NCBI GenBank assembly: GCA_965644495.1
Contig: CBFFSA010000041.1
Location: 1 to 64,000 of the forward strand
Length of the DNA stretch: 64,000 bases
Source: Perkinsela sp. CCAP 1560/9
Taxonomy: Eukaryota > Protista > Euglenozoa: Kinetoplastea
Reading direction: 5' to 3'
Of this stretch, positions 35,801-48,660 are shown piece after piece. The notes below the pieces were generated by a model. The model saw only the letters and a list, made by a program, of their open reading frames with translations, was not told the origin of the DNA and did not search any database. The position numbers were made by a program, and so were the translations under genes. Numbering within the stretch: position 1 is the first letter of the stretch; every line of letters begins with the position of its first letter.

Positions 35801-36815
35801 ACCGTCAGATGCAGAAGGATTCTCTTCCGCAGTCCTGGACATCAATCGCCGGAGCGGAGGCCCCGTAGTTGATCCGGACACGGGAAGAGCATTAGAGGAG
35901 ATCAGCTCCCCTTTTCCGACAGGATCTAGTCAAAGTACAGAAACGGACAATTCTTGCACCCCCCGTCAACGTGCCTTGAGCGACGCAATCTCGGCGCACG
36001 AATTTTCATGTGCGTACGCAGCGGCGGACAGTAGCACTCGCGCGAGGTACACCTCTCAGACTGGAGATGGGGCCAGCAGCTGGGCATTTTGCATCCCATC
36101 AACAGAGCTTGGCCACGCTTACACACCCACAGAATTCCGCGCCCTCTCCAGGTGGTGGTTAGGTGCCAAGGTCTACAACGAGTTGAGCACGTGCCCAATT
36201 AACACATGCCAACAACCTCTCGACCTCGAAGGAAACCATGCAGTGTCTTGCAAAAGTGGGAATGGACTGATCTCCCGCCACAATGCGCTCATTACACAAT
36301 TCACCGACACGTGCTCCAAGGCGAATTTATCACCTTCACGTGAGGTAAGCCTGGGGAACCTAGGGCCTGGCGGCTGTCCCACGAGGCCGGGCGATGTCTT
36401 TATTCCGGGCTATGAGAAAGCTCAAGGTCTGGTGCTTGATTTTGCTGTCACCCACGTTCAGCAACCTAAATACACGGACTTAGTCCGCAACGCTAACGGG
36501 GTGGCGGCAGGATCATTTGCGGAGCACTACGCCGCTTCTCACAAGGTGAAAGAGAGAGAGGAGGCGGAACAAGCAAAACATGTGTTTGTTGCCATGGTGG
36601 TAGAATCATATGGTGCTTGGAGTGCAAGTGCCCTATCAATCCTTAGATGGGTTGGGAAGCATCGCGCCTCATGTTCCCAGGGGACTCTATCTCAAGAAGC
36701 AGCTACCCGTCAGCTGCTTCAAGAGCTTAACCTCACCCTGATGCGTTCTCAATCGAGAATGCTTGTCTCACGCATGCCGGCTGAAGATCCACAACCGGCA
36801 CTTATTTTGCAGTAG
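32874..36815 (+). CDS. D polyprotein (1313 aa): LsmAD-like, basic patch, zinc fingers, RT, RLE
   Basis: GSWDQFAAN..STYDELIYTT..EEEIHCSVRR; KRKGRRKKKR; WYLDDG; RPGD..VLDFAVTH. Confidence 0.92.
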   Translation: MPTSVEEQNPTFEEEASSHTLGSWDQFAANKSLAKGPSTYDELIYTTALPNDIPQDWEKRTDEILRSMKTATQDSTPDLGHANELSSERTEEEIHCSVRRDDEPSPFHFEGTHSNSPSQLQTSNRAVKERCLRRTRGMEGAVDTENAMMFPDLTPTELDFTITTKRKGRRKKKRIKRTATTCTDGTNSSSPEGDEHEDSVTPEPTQNGKQKRRRDIAKSFSNYFPTTGHRTDKTPSGKSQLPPSVAAFRSTPQDSLKTCPVKGCVWKTLAHGGRWQAYYNHVATRHANEVPESWWTNEGRFLCQKCGRHYEEGKRATHDNACKGTSTDSVANPANNLTQSSLDHGSRSTDVSQSVQPLPLPSLSDICMTPINTSRDVPFRCRYQWAKTLTDVLSSVASENSVAAWTRLGMLPKCVLPAPNRGGRKGRLSYASHVTKSLERWGKGEFTALWIEATKNNTKSSHPSTKDQDQDQELAQEVRRAKERCEKLVRQGEVSRGMSALTAAPFAPDNDETYCKLMAKHPTRAQDCMLQDLPYPNAPPLKVNEEEVKHALGSFRKGSSGGTMSLRAEHLQIALRAHVDEKVHPLTALTDVVNVLLSGKAPFEIQERFAGARLCALQKGECDVRPIAAGETIRRLVGKVACLTAKKKASRLFKGIQYGVATPAGSERVIHLCRQTMSRHADDTNFVLCKVDLANAFNRVSRSAFIALLRKHFPELSAWVEWTYSTDSLLTYGSRTLPSSEGVQQGDPLGPLLFSLVMLEAAKMIKEALPGSLQLHLWYLDDGVIAGKAEDVSFALETLSRVGPKWGLHINTSKCEIITNPASAHQTALFSDIPEPKINREGNFDILGSPIGSAQHCIDFLTTHAVEPAEETLEAIEMLEDPQIALSLIRQCAGFCQMVHSLRTTPPHELSALCQRLDEAVLHAYEWNICPLSSSARSQVQRPKRYGGFGLRSASAHRSAAYVSSVAFAAETDRWLPSDAEGFSSAVLDINRRSGGPVVDPDTGRALEEISSPFPTGSSQSTETDNSCTPRQRALSDAISAHEFSCAYAAADSSTRARYTSQTGDGASSWAFCIPSTELGHAYTPTEFRALSRWWLGAKVYNELSTCPINTCQQPLDLEGNHAVSCKSGNGLISRHNALITQFTDTCSKANLSPSREVSLGNLGPGGCPTRPGDVFIPGYEKAQGLVLDFAVTHVQQPKYTDLVRNANGVAAGSFAEHYAASHKVKEREEAEQAKHVFVAMVVESYGAWSASALSILRWVGKHRASCSQGTLSQEAATRQLLQELNLTLMRSQSRMLVSRMPAEDPQPALILQ

Positions 36816-37291
36816 CCTAAACCAAGGCTCGCGGATCCCGGAATGTTCGAAGGCTGAGGGTGCTGGTCTCGTCGACAGAGTCTATACTCACGCCTAGTCC
36901 GTCAGGGCTAGGTACCCCAAGTGAGGTAGTACACGGGTAGTGAATCTCCTCCCCGTCGGCCAGCATCCTGTTTCGCGACCGTGTCGCTGTCGACACAGGC
37001 CCGCGCCTGCGCCCTCCCGTATAACAAGGGAAAGGTCCACAAGTCAGGCCGTGGAGAGGTCGAAAGACCCGGTCCGGAACGCGCGAATGGTTGAGGAGCC
37101 GCCTGCAGGCCGGGTGAGGCGAAGCTGAGGGAGACCTTACCCCCCCTGAAAAGTTGAAAAGTTGGGTAGGGGAAAGCAGGAAAGTAGGGAGAAAGGTGGG
37201 AAAAGTATGTCAAGAGGTGAGAAAGAGGAGAAAGAGAGAGAAAAATTTTCTTTATTTGCATAAAAACAAAAAAAAAAAAAAAAAAAAAAAA

Positions 37292-37497
37292 GACTTTTCA
37301 CTGCATTTCTCTTCAGGGAGGCGGCTTCGTGGGGGGAAATTGTTTGCTAGTTTGGGGTGGGCTGATTGCTTGTGGAAGGAGGAAAAACTAAGAAATTTAC
37401 ATACATTCATATCCCCCCCAATGGACCTACTTAGTTCGCATAATGGGTAATATAGAGGCAATGCCGCGTTTCATACATCTCCCCCCTTATTAATTGC

Positions 37498-37524
<27 letters not shown>
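37292..37524 (+). other. Short poly(A)-terminated cassette resembling the 3' extremities of families A and C
   Basis: CCCCCCAATGGACCT also at ~17992; CCCCC..TTAT..TGC(A)n ending also at ~32750. Confidence 0.6.
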
Positions 37525-37528
<4 letters not shown>

Positions 37529-37736
37529 ACGATAAAGATACAGTTTCTGTACCTTGTTGAATTAATTTTTCTTTCCCTATTTCTTTTATCCGGACAATGA
37601 GGGAGGCTGATTCATGCGGCTCGACGACGATACGAGAAGATGACCTTTTTGCCCAAGAGGAGAAAACACACACGCCAGGCTCCTGGGACCAGTTTGAGGG
37701 TAATCAGCATCTTATCTCTGCAACTAGTACATACGA
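37525..37736 (+). pseudogene. 5' 212 bp of a third family B copy (shortened SL 37527-37559), fused to G through CGA microhomology
   Basis: Matches 23667-23875 with a few differences; junction ACATA-CGA-AGGCAGG. Confidence 0.88.
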
Positions 37737-40267
37737 AGGCAGGACTTCCGTGTGTTATCGAACCGCGAATTCACTCCTCATTTTATTGTACAAAGTGTAA
37801 ATGCTCTATTTCTGCGGAGGTTTCTGACCAACATCCATGTAAGGCGCGCAGGATTCGATCTGGCCCCGACCTCGCTATCATGTGGCCCCATATGGGAGAA
37901 GTCCTCTATGATTTCACAGTGGTTCACACTTGCTGCAACAGTTACAAGAAACAAACAAGCAACTACCTACTGCAGCAAGCCCAGGAAAGGAAGTTCAAGA
38001 AATATGTGACAGAGAAAGGTGTGGACAGTGAGGCATTTCGTTGCATCGCCGCCTCAGATTGTGGTGTGTTGCACAACGACACAAAACAACTATTAAAGGC
38101 GTTGGCTCAGCGCGCGAATCGAAAATATGAAAACGTGCGTGAGGCTTTTCAGCTGGAACTTGAAAAGCTATCGGCTTACACGGTAGTGTCTCAACTCCGA
38201 GATTACATCACCGATGAAAAGTGGATTGGGAGTTTACGACTCTAAAAGAGTTCACTACCACACGTATATCTCCGTACAAATAAGTATTGATTAGTTGCCT
38301 TCGAATATATTAGGTCCTTTCGAATGTATTAGATACTGCTACTTCTGCATTGATTCTTCATCACGTTTGACAACAATTGGCGCGTATACAATAATTGATC
38401 CGGGAACTGTTCTTTTTTACTTTGAGGCTTTGCTGGTTTCGAGGGGACAAGTGTCATCCATGCTGTTTTATGCTGTTTTATGTGGTCCAACATATATTCG
38501 ATTATTGAAAATTGTTGATCTTACCATGTGAATGGAACGATGCGTATTGCATCGGTACACGAACATTGCCCCGTAGTTTGTTCAAATTAGTTTCTACGGA
38601 TAGTTGCCGGGGATTTCCAGACGGCGAGTAAGTTCAAAAAAAAAAAAAAAAAAAAGCGATGACCGTAAATTTCTGGTAGAGTGAAGTTCGAGTTGTGTCA
38701 TCGCAACTTTCCTTTTGCGAGTGGAAAAAGGTTATAAGTCACTAGAGTAAAATAATGTATAGTATAGTATGCTAAAAGTATAATTACATGGTTCCCCCCG
38801 GAGGGGGCAAAATCAGGTACATATATGTATATGTGCCCCGTAGGGCCACGGTCAAAGAATAAATATTTTCTTCAAGCAATTCTTTCCGTAAACTCTAAGG
38901 ATAACCGATCACCTAGGCGACCCTTGGAAACACGAAGGCAACACCAACAGACTATTAAGGACAGCACCCTCGGCGAACAAACGCCGACACGCTCTCAGCC
39001 AGCCCACCAGATCCAATCACCTCCAAAGCATTCCTCCGGCACAAAACCCATGACTAGCGAAACTGGTTGTTCCGAAGCACAATCGGACGGTAGGCGCGAA
39101 GACTTTGGCAACAGATATGCCCCACGAAACGGAAGCGACAAGCCCCCACCACTTCCGCAGAGCGCTCCCAAACACCGCATCTGTCCTGCTGAAGGATGCG
39201 CCTGGCGCACGATTGCACATGGAGGGTCTTGGCAAGCATTTTATAACCACGTAGCGTACCACCACAGTACCGGCGTCCCGGCTGCATGGTGGGCAGCGGA
39301 AGGCAAGTTCCTTTGTGAAACGTGCGGCAAACACTACACGCTCAACCGTAAAACTACGCACCCGAAGACCTGCATCGGTCAATCAAGTCAAGCAGCACAA
39401 ATGTCAGTAGATATTTTTTCGCAGCACTCCATCGTAACAGAAACCGCCGAATTACCTACTTTGGCAAGTGTCTGCACACTCGCGAAGAGCACATGTAAAG
39501 ACGTGCCCCACCGATGCCGTCAGCTGTGGGCGGAGATCTTAACCTCGGCAATTTTCTTCAACCTCGGCAATTTTCTTCATTTCAGTGCTCCGGATGCCAG
39601 AATAGTGTAACCGAGGAAAATCTCACAGAACACCAGCGCAGCTGTCGCGGCAGTGTCCGCAGATCTGGGCCCGACCTTATGATCTACTGGGCAGACGGTC
39701 CGATGTATTATGACCTAACTGTAGTTCACGAGTTTTCAGCAGCTCACATAAACAAAACGCCTCAAAAAATGATGAACGAAGTCATCACGAAGAAACGCGA
39801 CCGTTACGTAACTTCTGGGATGATTGCGAATGATCGTTTCATGTGTATCCCTGTCCTTTCGGGTGGAGCGCTACATAAGCATACAAAACGTCTATTAACA
39901 GCTTTAGCAGATCGTTGCCTTATTTAGAATTCAGGAGCGATGTCTGACCCAGATGGAGCGATAACTCTAGAGCGCCCAAAACTCCCTTTCAGCTCGGGCT
40001 GTCGATCCACCAGGTTCAATTTCTCCTTACGCTTTTTAAGACTGAGAGGATAAAAATGGAGGCTCTCCAAGAAGACGTGCAGAGCGGCAGTATTAGGGAA
40101 GTTGGAAAGAAGTGTGAAGGTGAGTAGTCAAAGGCTGCGAGTTGCAGCAAACAGATCGTGCGTCCTTCTAATGTTGAAGGCTTGAAAGTAGTAGTGCTTG
40201 ATATGCTTTTTTTTGTTTACTAAAAGTTTACGAAAAGAATTGTACAATGGAAATTTTGATTTCTGAG

Positions 40268-40304
<37 letters not shown>

Positions 40305-43300
40305 TTAACGATAAAGATACAGTTTCTGTACCTTGTTGAATTATTTTTCTTTCCCTATTTCTTTTATCCGGACAATGAGGGAGGCTGATTCATGCGGCTC
40401 GACGACGATACGAGAAGATGACCTTTTTGCCCAAGAGGAGAAAACACACACGCCAGGCTCCTGGGACCAGTTTGAGGGTAATCAGCATCTTATCGCTGCA
40501 ACTAGTACATACGATGAATCCCTCTACACGACGCCCATACCAGAAAATATTACACCAGCCTGGCAAGACAAAATGGAAACGGCACTACAATCTTTGCACC
40601 GAGAGAAGCAGACACCTGACACGGGGATGATTTTATCGGCAGACGAAGAGAGAAATCATTCCAGCGTATCAAGAGACTGTGCCCCCAATACGTCTGGCAA
40701 AGGTCAAGAAGTAACAAGCCAAACCCCAGAGCGGTACGAACCACATTCCATGGCCACAGCGAGGCTTCTCCCACGAAAAAGCCCTCTTTCTAGCCAAAAG
40801 TCGACGCCCAAAATTTTCGAGAGAGGGGTTAGTAAAGATTCCAAGACTCGCCAACCAGCTAGACGAGACACAATGAGACGTCGCACCTGTCCAGTCGAAG
40901 TGTGCAACTGGAGCACCGCATCACACGGAGGGAAGTGGCAGGCCTACTACCATCACGTCGCAAGCCAACATAGCGATACTGTGCCTTCGGAATGGTGGGA
41001 AAAAGAAGGACGTTTCTTATGCCCCTCATGCGGCAAGCACTATGATCACAATAAAAAAGCTTCCCATGAGGAAAAATGTCAAGACTCCTTGGGCTCTTAC
41101 ACCTCGTCGCTAACCTGTGAGCCAGAAACCGAAGAGGCTTCCATTTCCCAAATTTACAAGGATTCGCTCCCGTCTCTTGATTGTGTCTGCTCTTACGCCA
41201 TCAACACATGCAAAGATGTACCATTCCGATGCAGACAACAGTGGGCCTCCGTTTTGACTCAAACAATGGCTGCAGTGGTTAGAGAGAACTCGGTTGAGGC
41301 CTGGACACGCTTAGCGATGCTCCCAAAATGTGTCCTGCCCGCGCCCAAAAGAGGGGGACGAAAAGGAAATTCGTCCTATACCACGAAAACGAGCCAACGC
41401 ATGGATCGCTGGGAATCCAGGGAATACGCGGCACTGTGGAACGAATCTGTTGCGCAAATGGTAAAGAAGCGGGAGAGGAGCGATGATGAGGAAGTGGACG
41501 AGTCCGGCAAGGCGGCGAAACGAGCCGAGTTGCTGGCCAGATAAGGGGAGTTTTCCCGTGCGATGGCAGCCCTTACAGCAGCACCGATGGCACCTGAATC
41601 CGAAGAAACTTACGAAAAACTCCAATCGAAGCACCCAGGTAGATTGCCTTTATCATCTTCCGTCACATTCCGACCCATAGAAGGAGAGCCTTTACATCTA
41701 TCCGAAGGCGAAGTTGAAAAGGCACTACGCAGTTTCCGGCGCGGAACATCGGCTGGCACCATGGGCCTCCGCCCTGAGCATCTCCAGAGCGCCTTAGCAG
41801 CACACCCTGATGACAAGGTACAGCCGCTTTTCTATCTCAAGGAAGTCATGAACCTCTTGCTGTCCGGGAAAGGTTGTCTCCAAGTCCAGAAGTTCTTCGG
41901 CGGCGCCAGACTATGTGCCTTAGAAAAAGGAGAAAATGATGTCCGTCCTATTGCTGCCGGCGAAACAATAAGGCGACTTGTGAGCAAAGCGGCCTGCTCC
42001 GCAGTAAAGGAAAAGGCAAGCAAACTACTCTGGCCTCATCAATACGGAGTCGCAACACCTGCAGGGGCCGAACGCCTGATCCACCTGTGTAGGCACGTGA
42101 TGGCCTCTCAGGCGGGAAGTTCTGATTTCACGCTATGTAAAGTGGATCTGCGAAATGCCTTTAACAACATCTCAAGAACTGCCTTTGCTGCACTTACGAG
42201 GGAGCACTTCCCGGAGCTCTCCCCGTGGGTTGAATGGTGTTACACCACCGAGAGTATTCTCACTTACGGTTTCCGTCAGATTTCTTCAAAGGAGGGTGTG
42301 CAACAAGGGGATCCGTTGGGTCCTTTACTTTTTTCCCTCGTCATGCAACTGGTTACTACCGAGATAGATCGACAACTTCCTGGTCTTCTTAAGCTTAATC
42401 TGTGGTATTTGGATGACGGCATTCTCGGGGGGAAGGCTCAAGACGTCAGACGAGCTTTAGACATCATCGAACGAGTCGGCCCACAGTGGGGCATCTTCCT
42501 AAACGCCAACAAGTGCGAGGCGATCACACATCCTGAATCCGCCGAACACCTGGACAGCTTCGGCAACATCCCGACGACTAAAAAGACAAGCGAGGGAAAT
42601 TTTTCAATTTTAGGTAGCCCTGTAGGAACGACTGATTTCTGCACAGAATTTCTCCGTGAACACACCCTGTTGCCTGCTGAAGAATCCCTAGCCGCGATCG
42701 AATACATGGAAGACCCGCAAGTTTCCCTCGCACTCATCCGACAATGTGCTGGTTTCAGCCAAATGGCATATTCTCTTAGAACCACACCCACCAATTCCGT
42801 CCATGAGCTATGCGAAGAACTTGACACAGCAATACTACATACCACGGAACGCTCTATATGTCCTTTAAATGAAGATGCTGCCGCACAAGTACAACGTCCA
42901 AAATCTTACGGTGGATTCGGGCTGCGCTCTTCAGCGATGCATGCCTCATCGGCGTACGTTTCCTCAGTCTCTTTCGCAGCGGATAAGGACAACTGGAACT
43001 CCCTCGACGCAAAAGATTTTGCTGATGCAGTACTGGACGTCAATTCACGAGCGGGCACCAGCGTCCTGGAAGAGAAAACCGGTCTAATTTCCCCTCAGCA
43101 CGCTTCCTCTCTCTCTCACCTCAAAAAAGTACTGGGTCTCCGTGGATCAAAACGACCTCTCCCGGCGAATCTTCCCGTAGCACCACCCGGAGACACGACG
43201 ACCCCTTACTTTGAACAAACGAAACTCGACCACGAGTTTTCATCTTCCAACGACCGAGTCGCACGCCAAAAGGTGCTCAGCCGTGCAATTTCTTCCCGCG

Positions 43301-44667
43301 AGTACACCGATGCATATCAGAAAGCTGATCCTCAAACGAGGGCACGTTGGATATCTCAATCTGGAAAAGGGGCAGGTGACTGGCTGTTTGTCACGCCCTC
43401 CAGGGAAAAGGGGCACGCCTTTACTAAAACGGAGTTCCGCACCCTGTGCACCTGGTGGCTAGGACAAAAAGTATATCCAGAAACACACCCCTGTCCCGTC
43501 TCAGGCTGCACGCTTCCGATGGGACCACAAGGAGACCACGCATTGGTCTGTAAACACGACTACGGGATCTCTGCGAGGCATAATGCCTTGGCCCTCCAGT
43601 TCTTTGACGTTTGTCAAAAGGCCAATTTGTCTCCGAAAAGGGAGCACAGCCTCGGCAACAGAGGTCCAGGGGGGGCACTCACAAGACCAGGGGATGTGTT
43701 CCTTCCGAGCTACACGCTCGGTAAAGGCCTTGTCTTTGATTTTGCGGTGACCCACGTCCAGCAACAGAAATATACGGACCTGGTCCGTTCTGCTGGCATG
43801 GTAGCTGCAGGGGCCTTCGCAGAGAAATATGCAACGAACCACAAGCGTGGACAAAGGCAAGAGGCTATAGAGGCCGGGCATGATTTCACCGCCATGGTAG
43901 TGGAATCGTACGGATCATGGAGTCCGACGTCCCTCCATATGCTGAAGAAGATCGCGGGAAAAAGAGCCGCAGCATGTAAGGGTGATATGTCCGAGCAAGC
44001 GTCAATGTTTTTTCTTCTCCAGGACATGAACGTTACGCTCATGCGGTCTCAGGCACGAATGCTTGTAAGACGCATGGCAGACGTGGATATCCATGCCAGT
44101 CTCGCTTTACTGCACGAGGCACCCTCTGACACCACACCAAATCGTGCCAGCTGCGGACCGGCAGGAGCGATCGAGCCTACAGTGCCTATTCTCACGCCTC
44201 GCCTTCGTGAGTGAGGTACCCCAAGGTGAGATAGGTAGGGATTCGGACTGACAGTCCTATTTCAGCACGAAGACGCCATGGTATCCAGGACGGGTGCTGG
44301 TCGGGTCGACAGAGTCTATGCTCACGCCTAGCCCGCGAGGGCTAGGTACCCCAAGTGAGGTAGTACACGGGTAGTGAATCTCCTCCCCGTCGGCCAGCAT
44401 CCTGTTTCGCGACCGTGTCGCTGTCGACACAGGCCCGCGCCTGCGCCCTCCCGTATAGCAAGGGAAGGGTTCACAAGTCAGGCCGTGGAGAGGTCGAAAG
44501 ACCCGGTCCGGAACGCGCGAATGGATTGGGCCTGGATTGCTTGTTTTTATTTTTACTGTTTCTTGTTTGTCGTATATACTTAGGGGAGATTGAATTGCTA
44601 GTTTTGGGCTTAGAAAAAAGAAAAAGAAAATATACTTCTGTGGAAATAAAAAAAAAAAAAAAAAAAA
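37734..44667 (+). repeat. 6.9-kb near-perfect duplicate of 21095-28028 (G 3' end, spacer, A fragment, H fragment, SL-B)
   Basis: Constant offset of 16639 across all ORFs; only scattered substitutions. Confidence 0.95.
40302..44667 (+). pseudogene. Family B copy 2 (SL 40302-40338; ORF 40375-44214 broken by CAA>TAA at 41542-41544)
   Basis: Single nonsense change relative to copy 1. Confidence 0.92.
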
Positions 44668-45196
44668 TCTCACGCATGCCGGCTGAAGATCCACAACCGG
44701 CACTTATTTTGCAGTAGCCTAAACCAAGGCTCGCGGATCCCGGCATGTTCGAAGGCTGAGGGTGCTGGTCTCGTCGACAGAGTCTATACTCACGCCTAGT
44801 CCGTCAGGGCTAGGTACCCCAAGTGAGGTAGTACACGGGTAGTGAATCTCCTCCCCGTCGGCCAGCATCCTGTTTCGCGACCGTGTCGCTGTCGACACAG
44901 GCCCGCGCCTGCGCCCTCCCGTATAACAAGGGAAAGGTCCACAAGTCAGGCCGTGGAGAGGTCGAAAGACCCGGTCCGGAACGCGCGAATGGTTGAGGAG
45001 CCGCCTGCAGGCCGGGTGAGGCGAAGCTGAGGGAGACCTTACCCCCCCCTGAAAAGTTGAAAAGTTGGGTAGGTGAAAGCAGGAAAGTAGGGAGAAAGGT
45101 GGGAAAAGTATGTCAAGAGGTGAGAAAGAGGAGAAAGAGAGAGAAAAATTTTCTTTATTTGCATAAAAACAAAAAAAAAAAAAAAAAAAAAAAAAA
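44668..45196 (+). mobile_element. 5'-truncated family D copy (last codons, 3' UTR, poly(A))
   Basis: Near-identical to 36766-37291. Confidence 0.92.
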
Positions 45197-48100
45197 CTTT
45201 AACGATAAAGATACAGTTTCTGTACCTTGTTGAATTATTTTCTTTTTTCCTTTCCCCTTTTTGGTTCAACTAGTATGTCCTGCCGCGAACGTCCATGTAC
45301 ACACTCCTCAGAAAATGAAGCGTCCTTCGCAAGAATGGTGAACACAGACGACGTTACATTGAACGAGGCGGAGAAATCACACCTTCTTGGTAGTTGGAAT
45401 CAATTTGAGGGCAACAGACATCTCATCTCAGCTCCCAGTACCTATGACGAAAGTCTGTACACAACGGAAATCCCGAGGAATATCCCTGCAGAATGGCTAC
45501 GCCTCGCTGAAAAAAAATCAGACGACCGCGAAACACCGGACACGGGACACCACCTAGCCGAGAATGAGGAAATACAACACTGCGCAGTACAACGAAAGGG
45601 TACGACAGCCAACCTTGCAGCTAGTATTTCTACTCTGAAATCAGGGCCAGCAATCAACGCTGCACTGAAGGATGCAATATCACGTCAACAGCGCAATGCG
45701 GATGGGATCAAAGGAGTTTCAAAGACGGATAACCGATCACCTAGGCGACCCTTGGAAACACGAAGGCAACACCAACAGACTATTAAGGACAGCACCCTCG
45801 GCGAACAAACGCCGACACGCTCTCAGCCAGCCCACCAGATCCAATCACCTCCAAAGCATTCCTCCGGCACAAAACCCATGACTAGCGAAACTGGTTGTTC
45901 CGAAGCACAATCGGACGGTAGGCGCGAAGACTTTGGCAACAGATATGCCCCACGAAACGGAAGCGACAAGCCCCCGCCACTTCCGCAGAGCGCTCCCAAA
46001 CACCGCATCTGTCCTGCTGAAGGATGCGCCTGGCGCACGATTGCACATGGAGGGTCTTGGCAAGCATATTATAACCACGTAGCGTACCACCACAGTACCG
46101 GCGTCCCGGCTGCATGGTGGGCAGCGGAAGGCAAGTTCCTTTGTGAAACGTGCGGCAAACACTACACGCTCAACCGTAAAACTACGCACCCGAAGACCTG
46201 CATCGGTCAATCAAGTCAAGCAGCACAAATGTCAGTAGATATTTTTTCGCAGCACTCCATCGTAACAGAAACCGCCGAATTACCTACTTTGGCAAGTGTC
46301 TGCACACTCGCGAAGAGCACATGTAAAGACGTGCCCCACCGATGCCGTCAGCTGTGGGCGGAGATCTTAACTAGCGCTTTGAAGGCAGCAGTACAAGAAA
46401 ACTCAGTAGCGACATGGACACTCCTTGCCATGCTCCCAAAGTGTGTGTTACCGGCCCCTCGACGCGGAGGGCGTAAAGGCTACATGGCGTACTCATCCCA
46501 CGTTCGAAAGTGCATGGAGCGATGGATGGCAAAGGACTACACTCAGTTGTGGAAAGAGGCAGCCGCTAATAGACGACAACGAAACCCTGACCCCATTTCG
46601 GAACAACATGAGGCCCAGAAAGCCGTCATCCGCGCAGAACTTCTAGTCAGACAAGGTGAATTCTCTAGAGGTATGGCTGCCTTAACCGCAGCGCCGATGG
46701 CAGATGAAAACGAAGAAACATATGCGAAGCTGTTGGAGAAGCATCCGGCACGTCAAACTACTACGGAAGCCCTCGCCGACCTTCCACCACACGTCAAACA
46801 TTTGAACCTCGAAGAATCCGATATTAAAGTAGCCATAAACAGTTTTCGTCGAGGATCTTCAGCAGGTACGATGGGTCTCCGCCCGGAACACTTACAATCC
46901 GCGCTTCTTTCCTACGAAGACAAGAATGTTCACCCGCTTCAGGAACTCACAAACCTAGCTAATCATCTTCTTTCTGGCAAAGCACCCATCGAAGTACAAG
47001 CATATTTCGCAGGTGCGCGACTATGTGCGCTCAAGAAGGGGGAAAACGACGTTCGCCCTATCGCAGCGGGGGAGACTATTCGTCGGTTAGTGAGCAAGGC
47101 CGCATGCAGTAGTGTCCGAATGAAAGCGGGGAAATACTTTGAAGCACAACAATATGGAGTGGCCACCCGAGCAGGGGCAGAACGTATCATTCACCTTTGT
47201 AGGCTTGCAATGGACACTGACACAACAAATTCCGATATAGTTTTATGCAAAGTTGATTTGTCCAACGCATTTAACAACGTTAGCCGTGACGCATTCATCA
47301 GTCTCACCAGAGAGCACTTCCCGGAATTGTCCAGATGGGTAGAATGGTGCTACGTCGAAACCAGTAGCTTAACTTACGGGCACCGTTTCGTACCGTCCGC
47401 GGAAGGGGTACAACAGGGCGATCCCCTCGGTCCTCTTCTCTTTTCCTTAGTCATGTTGGAGGTTACCAAACAAATTCAGTCGTACACGGAACTTCTTCTA
47501 AACCTGTGGTACTTAGACGATGGAGTTTTTATAGGGAAAGCAGAAGAAGTAAGAAAAGCCCTCGACATACTTGATCACCTCGGACCAGGTCAGGGACTAC
47601 ACCTCAATAGCAAGAAATGCGAGATCATCACACTACCCTCATCTGCACACCAAACATCTCTTTTCCCAGATATACCAAAAGACAAGCAAAACACAGAAGG
47701 AAATTTCGACATCCTAGGAAGCCCTATCGGATCCCACAAACACTGCGCCGAATACCTCATGACCAATGCGATCGAACCAGCAGAAGATACTTTAGTTGCT
47801 TCCAGTTTAATTGAGGACCCGCAGGTCGCCATGGCACTGATACGACAATGTGCTGGCTTTTGTCAACTGGTCTACGCCCTACGTACAACACCCCCACAAT
47901 GCATACAACGCGTTTGCGAACATCTAGACAATTCACTGTTGAGCACAGCTGAGGAAATACTTTGCCCACTGAACGCCCCTGCCCGCGCTCAGATCCAACG
48001 CCTGAAGAGACACGGAGGTTTCGGTCTGCGTTCATCGGAAATGTACTCGTCTTCAGCTTACGTAGCATCTGTGGTGTTCGCAGCAAGCAAGGACGGATGG

Positions 48101-48660
48101 AATCCACTGGACGCGGAAGGTTTTTCACCTGCCGTCAACGACGTGAACGCAAAAGCCGGAGGCACTCTCGTAGATCCCGAAACGGGTCGTTTCCTTTGCC
48201 CCACCACCCAACAGCGCGACCTATCACATCCCTCTTTTCCCCCAAAGCCACCCATTCACTCTTCCACACAGGTCGATACAGCCCGCGAGCCATCAGACAC
48301 CGGACCTTTTTTAGATGCTGACCCGCCGTTGGGCGCTGACCTTGACATAGATATTGACCCGCCAGAATGGGACGAAAGTATCATCCCACGTCAGAAAGAT
48401 ATCATCCGCGCTATAGGGGAAAGGGAGTTTAATATAGCATACTGTTCCGCTGATACACGAACGCGAACCAGATGGGTATCACAATCAGGGAAAGGGGCTA
48501 GCAGTTGGGCATTCGTCACCCCATCGAAGGACCTGGGCTATGCATTCAAACCCGCGGAGTTTCGAACCTTGTGTCGATGGTGGTTGGGGGTGGATGTATA
48601 CGGAGAAACTCGTCCATGTCCCTCGGATGAATGCAAACTCCCTCTGGGTCCTGAAGGGGA

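Larger units (their letters stand above)
32789..37291 (+). mobile_element. Family D RLE element, full length, poly(A) 37268-37291
   Basis: SL, intact ORF, structured UTR, purine-rich 3' end, poly(A). Confidence 0.92.
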
